DNA of 63,510 nt, counting the filler, from Neolecta irregularis DAH-3 (Eukaryota), in assembly GCA_001929475.1 (NCBI GenBank). It is 17 parts of 17 records of this genome, joined end to end, with 100 filler letters (N's around TTAATTAATTAA, not from the genome) between each part and the next. Parts side by side here need not be neighbours in the genome. Positions count along the whole stretch, not along the records: positions 6,668 to 10,746 come from LXFE01001877.1; positions 10,847 to 14,831 come from LXFE01001880.1; positions 14,932 to 16,803 come from LXFE01001882.1; positions 16,904 to 24,360 come from LXFE01001883.1; 13 more parts are not named here. One strand, given 5' to 3'. The position numbers and the translations under genes are program-made. The notes below the pieces were generated by a model. The model made no database searches, had not been told where the DNA came from, and saw only the letters and a program-made list of their open reading frames with translations. The first letter of the stretch is position 1. Each line of letters begins with the position of its first letter. Of this stretch, positions 10,661 through 24,460 are shown in pieces.

Positions 10661-11544
10661 NNNNNNNNNNGATTAGTCAGTTGAAGTAGATATCGCCGAA
10701 TCAAGCACCATTTTTGAATATTGAATATAGTGAAGACATGATATAANNNNNNNNNNNNNNNNNNNNNNNNNNNNNNNNNNNNNNNNNNNNTTAATTAATT
10801 AANNNNNNNNNNNNNNNNNNNNNNNNNNNNNNNNNNNNNNNNNNNNAGATGTGAAACTGACTGCGCGGACAATGCAATGAGGGCACCTCGTTCAGCGAGC
10901 GGCACATATTAGCACATAGCCCTGTTGGTGCCCGCATTGCAACCCGCCGCATTTCCCATGCTCAAACAAGGTTCCCCGTAAATTGTCTCAATAAACAATC
11001 CGATATCTCCAGAGCACTCATACCCTTGATCCACCAACGAGATCTATGGGCTGTGGGTGTTTTGTTTTCTTATATAGATTGTGCTCTCATGTCTTCTTTC
11101 CACTTCGGCGTGTCACCTAGTTAAGGTGATTAGGCTCAAGGTGAAAAAATTGATCAGTTATCTGGCCCTTGCTCTAATGTTGGGGTTTAAAGTGAGTGGC
11201 CTGCGTGATTATCACCTGACACAAACAGTTTCATTCAGTATTCGCTCAATACAGCAGTGGTCCAACTAATACAGGCTGTATCTGGGCTAAGAGGGCTAAG
11301 AGTGGCAAGACCTCTGTCGGAATGGCCCGATCAGCTGGATAGGTTTTATCTCCAACAGAATGGCACTAGTTGCTTTCCCTAAGTATCGCCTACGATTCAA
11401 CGTGCAACTAAATTCTCTATGAATACAACAACGCGCAGTGAATAACACTCACTTGCAATACAGCTTTGAAGCCGGAATTGTTAGGTCTTAGACCCTGTTT
11501 TAGGTTGGCTTTTACATGACCGATTTGTTTCATTATGTCAGTAT

Positions 11545-11713
11545 AGTAGAACCTGATTATAGAAAATGTGGTGATCAGGGTTTGAATTTGTGATGAGGAT
11601 TCGTTCTATCATGATATCACGTTAGACCTTATACAAATTGATTCTGGAAGGCAGTTGGGTTCGTTATAACAAGGAATTCGTTGGACAGAGGTTCCCTATA
11701 ACCAGGTTCTACT
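11545..11713. mobile_element. Tc1/mariner-pogo-type MITE (about 170 bp)
   Basis: Inverted termini AGTAGAACCTGATTATAG / CTATAACCAGGTTCTACT (1 mismatch), TA-rich flanks, internal TTCGTTATAAC motif. Confidence 0.65.
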
Positions 11714-12235
11714 TATCCCTGATATCAGTCAAAATCTCACTGCAGTATATTTATGAATTCTTATTTTAAGAGTTTTCTCTTTCTTAGTTCAATCATGATT
11801 TTTCCAGCTGGGAAAGCTTTGGCACACATGACTCGAGGAAACTAGCTACAATTCTAGAAGTCGAGAATGACATTAAATTTCAATGTCAGAAGAGACTAGG
11901 AAGTTTATTATTGTAATGGAAGAATACCTAATTTAAAGCTAGCCTTCTTTACATTATTTTGATTATAATTGCCTGTGATAATCTCATGTTTACCAACTCT
12001 GATTATGAGATTTGCAGCTACCCCGTGTAGGGATAGGGCATATTACTCGAGGATATGGCAATGAGGATAGTAAGTTTTGATATCCTTGTAGAATCAGTTC
12101 TAGCTGTGCTCTACCAGTTTTATCTCCCGATCACTCTACAATAAAAGATCCTGAAAAATACAAATGCAATCCCAGAACATACATCATGATCAATCTTGAG
12201 CTAATCTGAGGAAGTTGGCAAAATAATACAAGATT

Positions 12236-13932
12236 TCAGATTTCATGAGCCGATATACGAAAACGCTCTGCTCGTTGGGCTCGCCACAAAGGGCCCTGCT
12301 TATATTCGAGGTATGCCAAAGGCACGACAAGAGCACAAACCACCGCACTGGTGGTGAATGTCCAGCCAATGCCAACAGTTTCAATCATAGGATTAACAAT
12401 ACTCACGCCTCCTGCGCCTATGAGGCACCGAACGAGATTATTCGAAGCCGTCGCAGCACTTCCATTTTGCGGAAATAGGTCGACTACGAGTGTAGTTGTA
12501 ACATTAAAGAGAGAAGTATTGCTAATACCGACTAAGTTAATTAGTTCATTGTAGGCATAAACCGAGTCTTACGAAAGAACTGAATGATGAGCGGAATTGA
12601 GATGTGGAGCTCTTCCTGTAATACCCAGCCATAGCATAGCTGGCATACGATGAATATGCCAAAGTAGAGGGGTAATATTCGCATTCTGGCGTGTTCAATG
12701 GCCATGTTTTCGCCTTCCTCAAATTTTGTTCTCTGAAAGGACCAATCCATAAGTCTTCCACTTGTGTAGCTGCCAATCAGACTGCCCACTCCGTATGCAA
12801 AATAACAAAGACCAACTTGTAAAAGATTGACGCCATAGATACGAATGAAAATTGGAGCAAGTGATGTAATCGACATATACAATGCTGCCCAATATATTGC
12901 ACCAATAAACAGTATAATTACAACGTCCTTTTCTTTGAGAAGTTTGAGCGTCAGGAATGGGTTTTTAGGACTCTGTCTTTCTAAAGGTGGAGTGCTCTTA
13001 CAACGTCGAAGGTCCGAAGGGCGAGCGTTTATACCTCGAGGTAATATGGAGCCATTTCCCACAAGGGATCTGAGAGTTTCGGGTAAAAAGAAGAAAAGAA
13101 CAACGAGATATATTGCAGCAAAGATGGTAAGAAACCAAAAGATGGCGCTATGTGTGTCAGTACAACCTTGTATGCAAAACATACCGCCAACCCAAAAACT
13201 GAGCAATTACTCCACCGACAATTGGTCCAAGAGTAAGCCCCGACATAGAACCTAATGACCAGACTCCCATATATCCTCCACGTTCCTCGGCCATTGTGAT
13301 ATCTCCAATTACTCCGGCCCCTGATGACTCAGCCCTTTGAACCGAATAGGAATGTGCCTAATGCTATGGTACTCGCACTTCCGCAACTTTGAAGCATACG
13401 AAGTACAAGGACTAACCAATATTGTCGAGCGAGAGCCAAACCGGTACATGCCGCAATGTAGATTAAAAAGGTCAGAAGGAAAATAGGTCTGCGGCCGTAT
13501 GTATCGCCAAGGGTACCGAAAAACGTTGGTGAAATACCTTGAAAGATGAGATATGCTGTAACCGTGTGATTGATAAGTTCGACAGAAACCTCAAGATCAA
13601 GAGCGAGAGGTGTAATTGCAGGATAATAAATGTTTGCCGTAAAGGGAGATATGAAGCTGGCAATTGCAGCGAGAATTACAATGACTCTTTTTTGATCCAG
13701 TGAGAAGACTGAATACGGCTGCATCCATAAGTAATGATAAATTTTCAAGTAGCGCACTTCCTGCTCGAGTTTCTTCTCAAGATCTAATACACCAGCGGCC
13801 TAACGAAGTCAGCCGTGCAGGAATGTATAGGGATACTTCATGAATCTCACTGCTAATTTTCCTCGTGCTGTTCGAAACTGCTTTCTCAGAGACTACAGAA
13901 AAGGTGGTTTCATCGTTCCGTAGTACTTTCAT
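12236..13932 (-). CDS. MFS DHA1 drug:H+ antiporter (QDR-like), 4 introns
   Basis: SPFTANIYYPA; GDTYGRRPIF; LRMLQSCGSASTIALG|AGVIGDI..EERG; FLPETLRSLVGNGS; ASNNLVRC; one GC-AG intron at 13357-13321. Confidence 0.93.
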
Positions 13933-14931
13933 TGTGACAAGATTCGATTTTATTTTGTAGAGGCAATAGCCATTGAGAAACATCCTTTATATAGGTATAA
14001 ATCGTAGATTAAAGAACATAAGCCAGATAGTTCGCGGCTTACTTGGAAGCCCCGAAGAACGTCATTCTAGGGACAATTCTATAGGGGATGTTGACAATGT
14101 GTAACCGCAAGACCAGATCGATAGCATTGCCTACATTTAAGAAGATAGTGCTCGGTAGTGTGCGCTGTTTGCCTCTATAGAGAGAATATTTGTATGAATA
14201 CTGTAGCGGGTTCTTTTATATCACACAATGTTTGGATGCGTGGCGAGAACATATTAAATGACTCGGTGGTCATCCGCGACGGTGAATGCCGGTTTTCGCT
14301 AAGAGGCCAAATGTGCATTCGAGGTCGTCACGAACAAATAAGACATCGGTTTTACATTGATACGGACCAGGAAACCTTGCAGCATAGGATTAGTTTAATT
14401 CGGCGATCGAATCCCAGCATCCCTTATCAGGGAAAATGTTTGTAAAACTATCACAACGAACATCGCTTAATGTTGAAGTAGACTCTCTAGTACATTCTTT
14501 TTCTGGAAGGCAGGGCCGACGCTTTTTGGCTTCCTTTCCTTTCGGCAGCGTTCTCTGAAGTTGAGAGTAGGAGATTGATATTTCATTACAAAGAATTAGA
14601 GATTCTTCGTTCCAGAGGTCCTGTGAAAAGTCCTGTGATACAGGTTTAAAGGAACATTGTTATTTATTTGTTAGGGCACATTAAACTATCCATGTGCGCA
14701 TTTGAGAAATATCATTCTTCTTTAACAATCTTTGAGTTGTGGAATAACTGACACGTGTCTGTCAGATGTGTTCTGTCCCACCTGTGGAATCGTCCCACTT
14801 GTGGAATCGCACAGCCACACCCCCAAATCTGNNNNNNNNNNNNNNNNNNNNNNNNNNNNNNNNNNNNNNNNNNNNTTAATTAATTAANNNNNNNNNNNNN
14901 NNNNNNNNNNNNNNNNNNNNNNNNNNNNNNN

Positions 14932-16803
14932 TCTGGTATTGGACTCATCATCCTTAGACTCTTCACCAGGTATTAGGCTGAGCTCCCTTATTGGTTGCAG
15001 CACAGCATAAGGATTTAGAACCATCCTTACAACAGGCCATTGATTGGCTCGGTTGGAGTCTTTACGAAATTAATGTGGTGCTTAGGTGCATCCTTCGGTG
15101 GTAGCTTGGGTGAATCAGTTACTTCAAATACCCTTGAAAAACACTTTCGGTAGCTTTTTTCCAATTCTGAGAATCATTGCTATAGGTTCTCTTCATCTTT
15201 ATCCATACTAGTAATACCTTCAGGTATTGCATTTTGAACATGTATGATTTGCTGTGACGGTGTTACTACCATGCTTTTGGACAACTCTGGACTAACTGAG
15301 ACAATGTTTGCTTTGCTGCCATTCATCATTGCAAGCCCTTCAAATGGGGACATCTTCACTTGAAACTTCTGCATAAATGGCTCTCCTAATATTGCTTCAT
15401 ATCTGGCAAGAGGGACAATGTGAAACCGTATCTTCTCTTTTGATACAAATTTTATCGAGGGAATCGAAACTTGTACTTCAATATATTCTTTTATCACTTC
15501 TGTATGTCCGTACAATACCTGTGACAATCGCAATAGTGGTTGCAATTTCTTTATCTCTATCTTATTTCTCAGCTTATCAGTTACAGTTGAGGCAATCAGG
15601 TTGCATCCTGCTCCAGTATCCAAAAATGCTTCTATAGCACATCCAGCTATATTCAACGTAACTGTAAGGCCTCTTCTCACTTTTTGAGATGGCTGGGTAG
15701 TAGTGGCAAATGAGCAGGCTAATTCGTCTTTATTGTCCTCATCTAAGCTAACTAACATAACATCTTTTCTTTTGTCCTTTTGTCCTGTATTTCCAGGGCT
15801 TTTATTCCTATTTTTTGGACATTCTCGTGCCAAATGTTCAGGGGATGTGCAAATATAACATTCATTATTTGCGTATCGTTTGGCTTTCTCTCGGTTGGAG
15901 GTTTGCGAATTACTTTTTACACCACTTTCTCGTCCTGGGCGTCGACTCAATGCTGCTTCTCCATTGAGCGCTGCATTGACTACTACCTCAAGCTTGGTCA
16001 TGTTCTCCAAATGTGTGCTTAAGGTGATCTCGATTTGCCATTTAAGTCCGTGTGTGAATTTCCGTACCATTAGTGGTTCAGTATATATTGATATATCTAG
16101 TTGCTGCCACAACTCCTCAAATTCAGCCTCATATTCTGAAACAGTTTTTGTGCCCTGTTTCAGTGCCTTGAATTTGGTTCTAATACCTGCAACATTCTGG
16201 TGGTGCAAATATTTTTGTGATAATTTTGTGAAAAAATCGTCCAGGTTAATAATGGTCTTTGCCTCTGTATCGAACCAAATGGTTGCATCATCAGTGAGTG
16301 TGCAGGCTACTTCGTAGTATAGTACTGTCTTTGATTCCTGCCCAACTTCTCAATGTAGTTGCACTATTCGTCGAGTCAGGCTCAACCATGCTTGGGCTAC
16401 TTTGATTGATTTCTCTTTTCCTGTAAACTTGGGTAGTGTCGGGAGGCTCCTATAAGGCCTTGCTTCAATGCTTTCTGCCTCTCTTTCTACTTTAGTAGAC
16501 ATTGCTGCATTACTAATACTGCATTGCTTTACTGCATTGCTTTTGCTGCACTAGTATTGGTGCTAATGAAAATATACTATATTTTCCTGTTTCTTCATAG
16601 AAACTTTTTATGATCAATTGTAAAAAAAATGTAAGTGATGGAGCTTGAGTACAATAAGATCAGGTTATATTTCCTTAATCTAAGCTTGTAGGTGTGTGAG
16701 CTTAAACATACCTTAATCTAAGCATGTAGGCGTGTGAGCTTAGACTAAGATATGTGCCCATAGTCTTTATATACATTTCTATCTAATGTCTTATTTCCCT
16801 TTC
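14932..16803 (-). mobile_element. Decayed Ty3/Gypsy retrotransposon, 5' part: LTR, gag, CCHC knuckle, aspartic protease
   Basis: LTR ends ...CTTACA at 16630; gag ATG 16502 with an in-frame TGA at 16350; LKQGTKTVSEYEAEF; CYICTSPEHLAREC; FLDTGA; ILGEPF; more stops at 15180 and 15174. Confidence 0.92.
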
Positions 16804-17239
16804 NNNNNNNNNNNNNNNNNNNNNNNNNNNNNNNNNNNNNNNNNNNNTTAATTAATTAANNNNNNNNNNNNNNNNNNNNNNNNNNNNNNNNNNNNNNNNN
16901 NNNGGCTCGGGTTCGAGTTCACCTGGCTCGACTGGCTCGGGGTTGTTTGGCTGCTCAGGCTCGCGGCGGACTGGATGCGTGGCAGGCTGCCGGGGCTGCC
17001 CAGGCGCACGCGGCTGCTGTCGCGGCCACGGTCGCCGTCGCTGTCGCTGTCGCACACACTGCTGGGCCCCAGCGCAAAGGCCACGGCGGGCACGGGCTGC
17101 GGCATGGGGTGCGGCACGGCTGCAGCGCGGCTTTATACGGCACAGGCGCTGTGGTCGCGGGTACCGAGGCTCCCTTATCTCCGACCCTCCCCCCTTTGGT
17201 GATGCACCCACCGTCACTGTATTCCGTGCTATCTATCTG

Positions 17240-18704
17240 TCACGCCAGCGCCATCGGCACTATCCCAGACACATGGCACTCGGCCCCATACACCCGCATC
17301 TTCAGCTCCAGCTCCTCCCCCGCCGCCGCCATCATCTTGAGCGCCTCCTGGTAGTTCGGCCCCGCCCGCCGCACCCAGATCGAGACCTTGAACACATGCA
17401 GCGCCGACTGGAAGTCCTTCAGCGCCCGGATAATCCCGCGGAACGTCGTGACGCAGTTGGTGAAATTCGCAATCCCGCCGCCAATAAACAGCACCTTGCC
17501 CGCCTCGTCGGGCTGCCCCCGCGTCATCAGGTCCAGCACCGTCTTCGCATACTCGTACGTCTGCGTCTCCGTCGGCGCCCCAGAGTACTCGCCGTAGTTT
17601 GCAAGCTCGCCCGCAAACCCGCTGGAGGCGATCGCGTCCGCATACACCACAGACGCGCCCCCTCCAGCCACAAGCGTCCATATTCGTCCCTTGGGATTGA
17701 ACACTGTCAGCTTGAGTGACGCCCCCGTCTTGGCATCCAAATCTTGGATGTACTTTTCCTCCTTTGACAATCGCCGTCCAAACGGCGCCGGAAACTCCAT
17801 CGGCGGCCCGTGATCCGCAGACACCCCACTTTCCTCTATCTCCGTAATCCCCAACACTTGCGGCGACCGTGCAATCGCCCACTTGGATCCGCACTCAAAC
17901 TCTGCCGTTTGGTCCAGCTTTGCCGCGAGATCCAGGTAGTGCACTTGCGCCCCCGTCTCCATAGGAAGCACCACAAGCGGGTTGATTTCAAGGTACGTGA
18001 ATTGACATTCAACATACACCGCATATAGCCGAACAATAAAGTCTGTAAGCACCGCATGAGTCTTTGCAGGCACCTGCGCCAGTAATGTCCTCTGAATCGT
18101 CTCCCGAGAAGGAAACTGCCCCAAATCAACCGGCACAAGCATTTTCTCTGCTTTCGAATCGACATCCCCAACATCAACGCCCCCCTCATGCGTAAACAAG
18201 ACTACATCTCCTTCTCGAATACTGAAAATGTTGATATAATATTCCGTGTCCTGCGGATGCGCAAGAAACGGCTCAACGAGAAAAACAGTGAGATATCCTT
18301 GAACGTGTTCAACTTGTTGCAATTTGCCAGCTCGCGCAGCAATCCATTCTTTAACCTTCTCCCACGTCGCATTCAATTTCAAAAGACCGCTCTTGCCACG
18401 TCGTTTAATCAGCATATCAGGCTTTGCAACAAACTTTTGCCCATCTTCAAGTAAAAACGGATACTTTTTTTCAGCAGACACCAACACATGCTCAACGTGA
18501 GCTGCATAGTCTCCTTCAAAAGTTTCTGGATCTTCAAAGAATAGTTGTGCAAGACGGTGAATCTGCGGCACGATATCTGTTTTCGTTTCAATTAGCGGGG
18601 TCGACCGGTGCAGAAAGTAAGCAAGGATAGCTTTCCCATCGGCTTCGCGGATAGATTTAGCAGACTGGCCCGTTAGCTTTGAAAATAGATAAATAACGCA
18701 CCAT
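17240..18704 (-). CDS. ACL2: ATP-citrate lyase, ATP-grasp subunit
   Basis: ATG-only first exon, intron 18701-18665, then SAKSIREADGK; KPDMLIKRRGKSGL; TLVAGGGASVVYADA; ANYGEYSGAP; GGGIANFT. Confidence 0.96.
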
Positions 18705-18918
18705 ATCAGATGAATTACTCGTCCGGTAAAACGTGTCAGTTATAAAGGTTTCTGCACAATGGTTGGGGCAAACGACGCTAATTTTGATCGAGCGAGACTC
18801 CGAAAGCGATGATTGGTTCCGTTCGGCGATTGGGGCACTTGCGTATTTCCAGCATTAACCCCCTCTTTAAATAAAAATCCCGCTCCTCAAAACTCATCTT
18901 GTTTCCAGACGTACAACC

Positions 18919-21030
18919 ATGACTCCCAATGCAAATGATCACATTCAACGCTTCAAGATAACAGATAAAGTATCTACTCATCCTCCCTACGAATTATTCT
19001 CTCAATATACTCGCGCCTTCGTGTATGGAATACAACCCAGAGCCGTACAAGGAATGCTTGATTTCGATTTTATCTGCGGCAGGAAAACTGCTTCGGTCGC
19101 GGGCATTATTTATCCTTTTGGAGGACAATTCGTTAGTAAAATGTATTGGGGGACAAAAGAAACGTTGTTGCCTGTTTATAAAGACGTTGGCGAGGTGCGT
19201 TGAACCCGTTCGTTTCTATTCCGCAAACTCCGTTTTACTCTTGCTAATCTGAATAGGCTATGAAAAAACACTCAGACGTCGATGTTGTCGTCAACTTTGC
19301 CTCGTCTCGAAGCGCATATAGTAGTACCCTTGAAATCTTGGAATACAAACAAATCCGAGTATGTCTCGCCTCTTTATTTGCTCTAATTCGAGACCATCGC
19401 AATCATCGCTGAAGGTGTCCCTGAACGGAAAACCCGAGAAATCTTGGTCAAAGCCACAACTCGTGGCGTTACTATTATTGGTCCTGCCTCCGTCGGTATT
19501 TCCCTAATTGTTGTATATCTAAAAGTCCAGGTGGAATAAAACCGGGGTGTTTCAAGATTGGAAATACTGGTGGAATGATGGATAATATCGTTGCGTCAAA
19601 ACTTTATAGACCAGGTTCAGTTGGTTATGTATCAAAGTCGGGTGGCATGTCAAACGAACTCAACAACATCATTGCACAAAACACCGATGGGGTATATGAA
19701 GGAATTGCAATTGGCGGCGACAGATACCCAGGATCGACATTTATCGACCATCTACTGCGTTACGAAGCAGATCCCGAATGTAAGATTCTCGTTTTACTAG
19801 GCGAAGTTGGAGGCGTTGAAGAATATCGAGTCATTGATCTAGTAAAATCTGGGAAAATCAAGAAACCAATGATCGCTTGGGCAATTGGTACCTGTGCAGA
19901 TATGTTTACTACAGAAGTCCAATTCGGCCATGCAGGTTCATTTGCAAACTCGAAACTCGAAACTGCAAAATCAAAGAACGAAGCTATGAAAAAGGCTGGA
20001 ATTCACGTTCCGAGTACTTTTGAACAGTTGCCCCAAGTTCTCAAGGAGGTCTATGATAAAATGGTCAGTGAAGGGACACTCGTACCTAAAGCAGACAAGG
20101 AACCTCCTAAAATTCCAATGGATTTCAGTTGGGCTCAAGAACTTGGACTTATCCGAAAACCCGCCGCTTTTATCTCCACAATTTCAGATGACAGAGGACA
20201 AGAGTTGCTTTATGCAGGGATGCCCATATCGGATGTGTTTAAAGAAGATATTGGTATCGGAGGAGTCATTTCACTCCTTTGGTTCCGAAGACGTCTTCCA
20301 AATTACGCATCAAAGTTTCTCGAAATGGTATTGATGCTCACCGCGGACCACGGACCCGCAGTCTCTGGCGCAATGAACACAATCATAACTACCAGAGCCG
20401 GTAAAGATCTCATTTCAGCCCTCGTGTCTGGTTTATTGACAATCGGTACACGGTTCGGCGGCGCACTTGATGATGCTGCTACACAATTCTCCTCTGCCTA
20501 CGATAAAGGTTTATCACCGCGGGATTTTGTCGACTCGATGCGGAAACAAAATATCCTTAGTATAAATATTTTTCACCTTGATCTGACCATTAGTTTCCGG
20601 CATCGGTCACCGCATTAAGAGCCTCAATAACCCCGATCAACGAGTCGAACTTATTAAAGATTACGTAAAGTTACATTTCCCATCGACTAAACTTCTCGAT
20701 TACGCACTAGCCGTCGAGAAAGTAACTACTTCCAAAAAGGATAATTTGATACTCAACGTAGACGGTTGTATAGCCGTATGTACCGTTGACCTTTTCCGCA
20801 ACTGCGGGGCATTCACAAGCGAAGAAGCGGAAGAGTATCTTAAAATGGGTGTATTAAACGGCATGTTTGTGTTGGGCCGTAGTATCGGATTCATTGGTCA
20901 CCATTTAGACCAAATACGATTACGAACAGGGTTGTATAGACATCCATGGGATGATATTAGCTATGGGCTTGGACAACTTGCCGAGAGCGCAGGTGGAGCT
21001 CAAGAGAATAGAGTAGAGGTAAAAATGTAG
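18919..21030 (+). CDS. ACL1: ATP-citrate lyase, catalytic/citryl-CoA lyase subunit, 4 introns
   Basis: [35 protein letters not shown] (phospho-His); [29 protein letters not shown]. Confidence 0.97.
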
Positions 21031-21219
21031 ATGATTCTGCTGCTGCTGTGGTGTTTGCAATGATGTGTTTATATCAATATCGTTGTTCGTTTTGGATCTG
21101 TTTATTGCATTCCCTCATAGCATGAATGGTGTCTGCTACATGGGATATATTACTGGAATAGAATAACATGTGGCGCACCCTCTGACGGTTTCAAACTACA
21201 CCACGCTTACGTCCGTTTT

Positions 21220-23227
21220 ATGCAATATTGTCATCCAAAAGCTAAACCAAAGGAACCAAAAAAGATTGTAGCTGAATCATCGTCAACTTTAGTAGATAAA
21301 TCCACACAACATGGATCCCATAATTCGACTGATATCAATTCTCCTTCCGAGTCGGCATCTAGCCATTCTCTCAAGGTAAATAAAACCTCGCCAGTCGAAC
21401 GATTGACAGGAAAATCAAACGAGTCTCAACTTGAAGCTCTAAAGCTTTCGCCTGTTTCCACGAGAAAGACTACATTTGAGACATTATCACCAGAATTGCA
21501 TATCCATATATTCTCCTTTCTACCAGCTCCAAGTCTTCTCAACATCGCTTTAGTCTCCCATCAATTCCACGACATAGCTACAAGCGAACGATCTTGGAAG
21601 TCTGCATTTATTCGGCTTTTCGGACAACAGCGATTCTCCAATATCAGTTCAACTTGGAAACAAGAATACCTTTTACGCTCAAAGTTATCAAGGTTTTCCA
21701 CTTTTTTTAAAAGTAGATTGTTAATATGAAATTTAGAAAGTGGAAGAAAGGCCAGGGTAGACTATCGTACGACGCTCGGGTAGGTTTAATCCGCGATTTT
21801 TCAATAGATTTTCAAACGAACCGAGTTATTGCAGTTTCCAATCACGGCACGATTAGTTTTTCCAGTGTAAGCGGTAAAGTAAAGAAACAGAAAATTCATT
21901 TACTCGAGAACCCTGTTCCAGATATTAGTATTTTAAAAAGTAATAAGAGGGCGATTATAGGAGCAACGGAGAACGGACAAGTTTCTGTTTTTCTAACGGG
22001 CAAGAATGGTCGTGTTTGGACTCGTCAGATGGCAAGTTTGATTACGCAAATTACCTGCGGAGAGGAAATTGTCTTTATAGGTACGTTTACAAGAGTTTTC
22101 CTTTGATTAATAATCTCACTAGGAACCGTCGACGGATTATTATCTTGTTTCGAATTGAGATCAGGCGAAGAAGTCAACACTGTTCAATGTATCAATCTTG
22201 CCTCAAAGGTTGTCGGTCTTATGATTTAGTCGACGCTCGCATTGAATATATTTTCGTTTCAGAGAGGCAGAAATCGGTTGTTGTTATATGCACAAACGAG
22301 ATTTTCTATGCTGATACGATCGACAACACTTTGACGTTTGACAAATCCCCCCATCGGCATAATGCCACTGATTTTCTCGTCGATTTTCCAACTTGTTATG
22401 TATTCGCCATCCAAGGAGCGAGTATGACTCGAGCTCATTTATCTGATAATTCCGAGGCTAAATATATGGGACACATGAATGACATTGTCGTGGCCAAACT
22501 CGATACGAACGATGGAATCTCTAATGGTCCTGGTAACGGGGCTCGCCTTTTAGCTACTGCTGAAAGCGACGGCACTGTTTATGTATGGGACGCCAGAGCT
22601 TCATCTCAGGAATGTGAACCGATAATGTATGATTTCTACTATCTGCATATCTTATCAGACAGTAAGATACATACAGGAATCTCACCAATCACTCACCTTG
22701 AATTATCCCCTCTGATACTCCTCGTCGGTTCTGCGTCGGGGTTTCTTGGAGTATTTTGTCCACTTTCCGGAGATCACATTCGAACCATCCATTCTAAACG
22801 GTTCGCATCATGCTCCTCCTTATCAATAGATACATCGAGTCTCACCCGTGGAGGCGCAGCTTTCGGCAAGATCCTTACTTGCTTTGACTTTAGTAAACTT
22901 TCACGAAACTTGAAACCTCGCTCAAGTCGAAAAAGTTCAGTCATTACTCGAGATGATATTCAGCAGGATATTGATGATCAGATTGACATGTTGGAGGAAG
23001 AAGGGGAAGACGAAAGGAAGCGACAATGGAACCTGGAGAGATGGAATGGTAATGCCGTTAATGGACTGAACAATCGAGAAGCATTGGATTTGGGTTTACT
23101 GATGTCTAAAGAGGAAGAAATAAAGATGGCCTCAATCGCTAGCGAAAATGGATTGCAAGAGGTTGATGAAGAGTTGGCATACATTTTGGCATTGAGTAAA
23201 GCCGAATCAGAAAGTCAAAAATGTTGA
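21220..23227 (+). CDS. F-box/WD40 protein with C-terminal UIM-like motifs (Pof10-like), about 4 introns
   Basis: F-box LSPELHIHIFSFLPAPSLLNIALVSHQF; WD repeat GHMNDI...DGTVYVWD; ALDLGLLMSKEE and ELAYILALSKAE. Confidence 0.8.
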
Positions 23228-24290
23228 TATTCTCGCGAATATTAGAAGGAATTGATATCTCAAGCACAGAAAAGATCGCTCACTATTTCTCGAGAGTTTT
23301 TCGATGTGGATTATATATGGATGGGTTTTGTCAGTCTAATTTCATTTTCGAGTCCGCGAGGGACAGTTGCAGTCTCACATCCCATTTCTGAATCGCATGT
23401 CTTTGAAATAATTCTCCTTTTGAAATTTCAAAGGTGCAAAAACCATCCCGCACCCACTCACCAGCCCTGACTGGCGCTGCTTCTCTCCCAATCTCCCTTC
23501 TGCGCGTCTAGTCGCTGCTCGCCTTTCTTGCCAGCAGAAGTATTTTGTGTACTTTCCGCGCATCGGTCGGGCTCAACCCCACAAACACTACTGCGCTCTT
23601 TACCGTGCTCTACATCGCATCCTCGCCATCTACGCAGCATCCCAGGTGTGTCTCGTCCTAAAGACCCTGCGCGATCGCTGGCCCCTGGTTAACATCGCCG
23701 TTGGCATCCTCGCGGCCAGCCAGGTCGTGTTTCATTCCCTGTCTCCCTCTTGTTAGCGAAGCGGGGCTTTTTGAACTATCTAGTTCGATTGGGCCAGTAT
23801 CCAGCATCCGCATCTGCAGGCATGCTGTAACATGAGGCTCACTTGGGTTTGCCAACGTCAACTCCCACAGCACGGCGGATGGTGTGTTGCACTTCTTGTG
23901 AGTATCCACTAGCCTTTGCAGGTCGAACAAGTTACTTATCCATGTCAAGGCCTGTTGCATTATGTGGAGTCAGCGCGATCTGATACTACCAGTGCTTTTG
24001 ACCCTCAGTGTTCTGGAGATCCATTGGGGACTGAGTATCACATCTATTCTGTTAATAAAATACGCTGTATCTATGCTGCTACGCCGGTTGGCTCTGCTTG
24101 GCTTCAACTTCAAACACCGCATCGTCCTCGTCACCCTCCGCTCCTACCTCTCAGACTCGGGCTTCCACCGCGCAAATTCATTCTCGCATTCGGCCAGGAT
24201 CTGCCGAGCCGAAGCCTGTACTGGCAATAAACCTAGAAAGCACAACTTGTGATTCATTCATACTAGAAACAAGACTCGTGATTCATTCAT

Positions 24291-24357
24291 CAGTCCTAAT
24301 TATCAGTCCTAATTATCAGTCCTAATTATCAGTCCTAATTATCAGTCCTAATTATCT
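24291..24357 (+). repeat. 13-bp tandem repeat CAGTCCTAATTAT x5
   Basis: Read directly at the contig end. Confidence 0.9.
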
Positions 24358-24460
24358 GTCNNNNNNNNNNNNNNNNNNNNNNNNNNNNNNNNNNNNNNNN
24401 NNNNTTAATTAATTAANNNNNNNNNNNNNNNNNNNNNNNNNNNNNNNNNNNNNNNNNNNN

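Noticed and set aside
16904-17700. GC-rich segments as bacterial contamination or horizontal transfer
   Set aside because: They lie within fungal genes, share the same tiny-intron style, and grade smoothly into AT-richer sequence.
23375-24325. Cluster of short ORFs on both strands
   Set aside because: No recognisable domain or consistent splice model could be built.
24291-24357. 13-bp, 48-bp (26401) and 10-bp (39294) tandem arrays as CRISPR or telomere
   Set aside because: No spacers, eukaryotic context, and non-repeat sequence follows; ordinary minisatellites.
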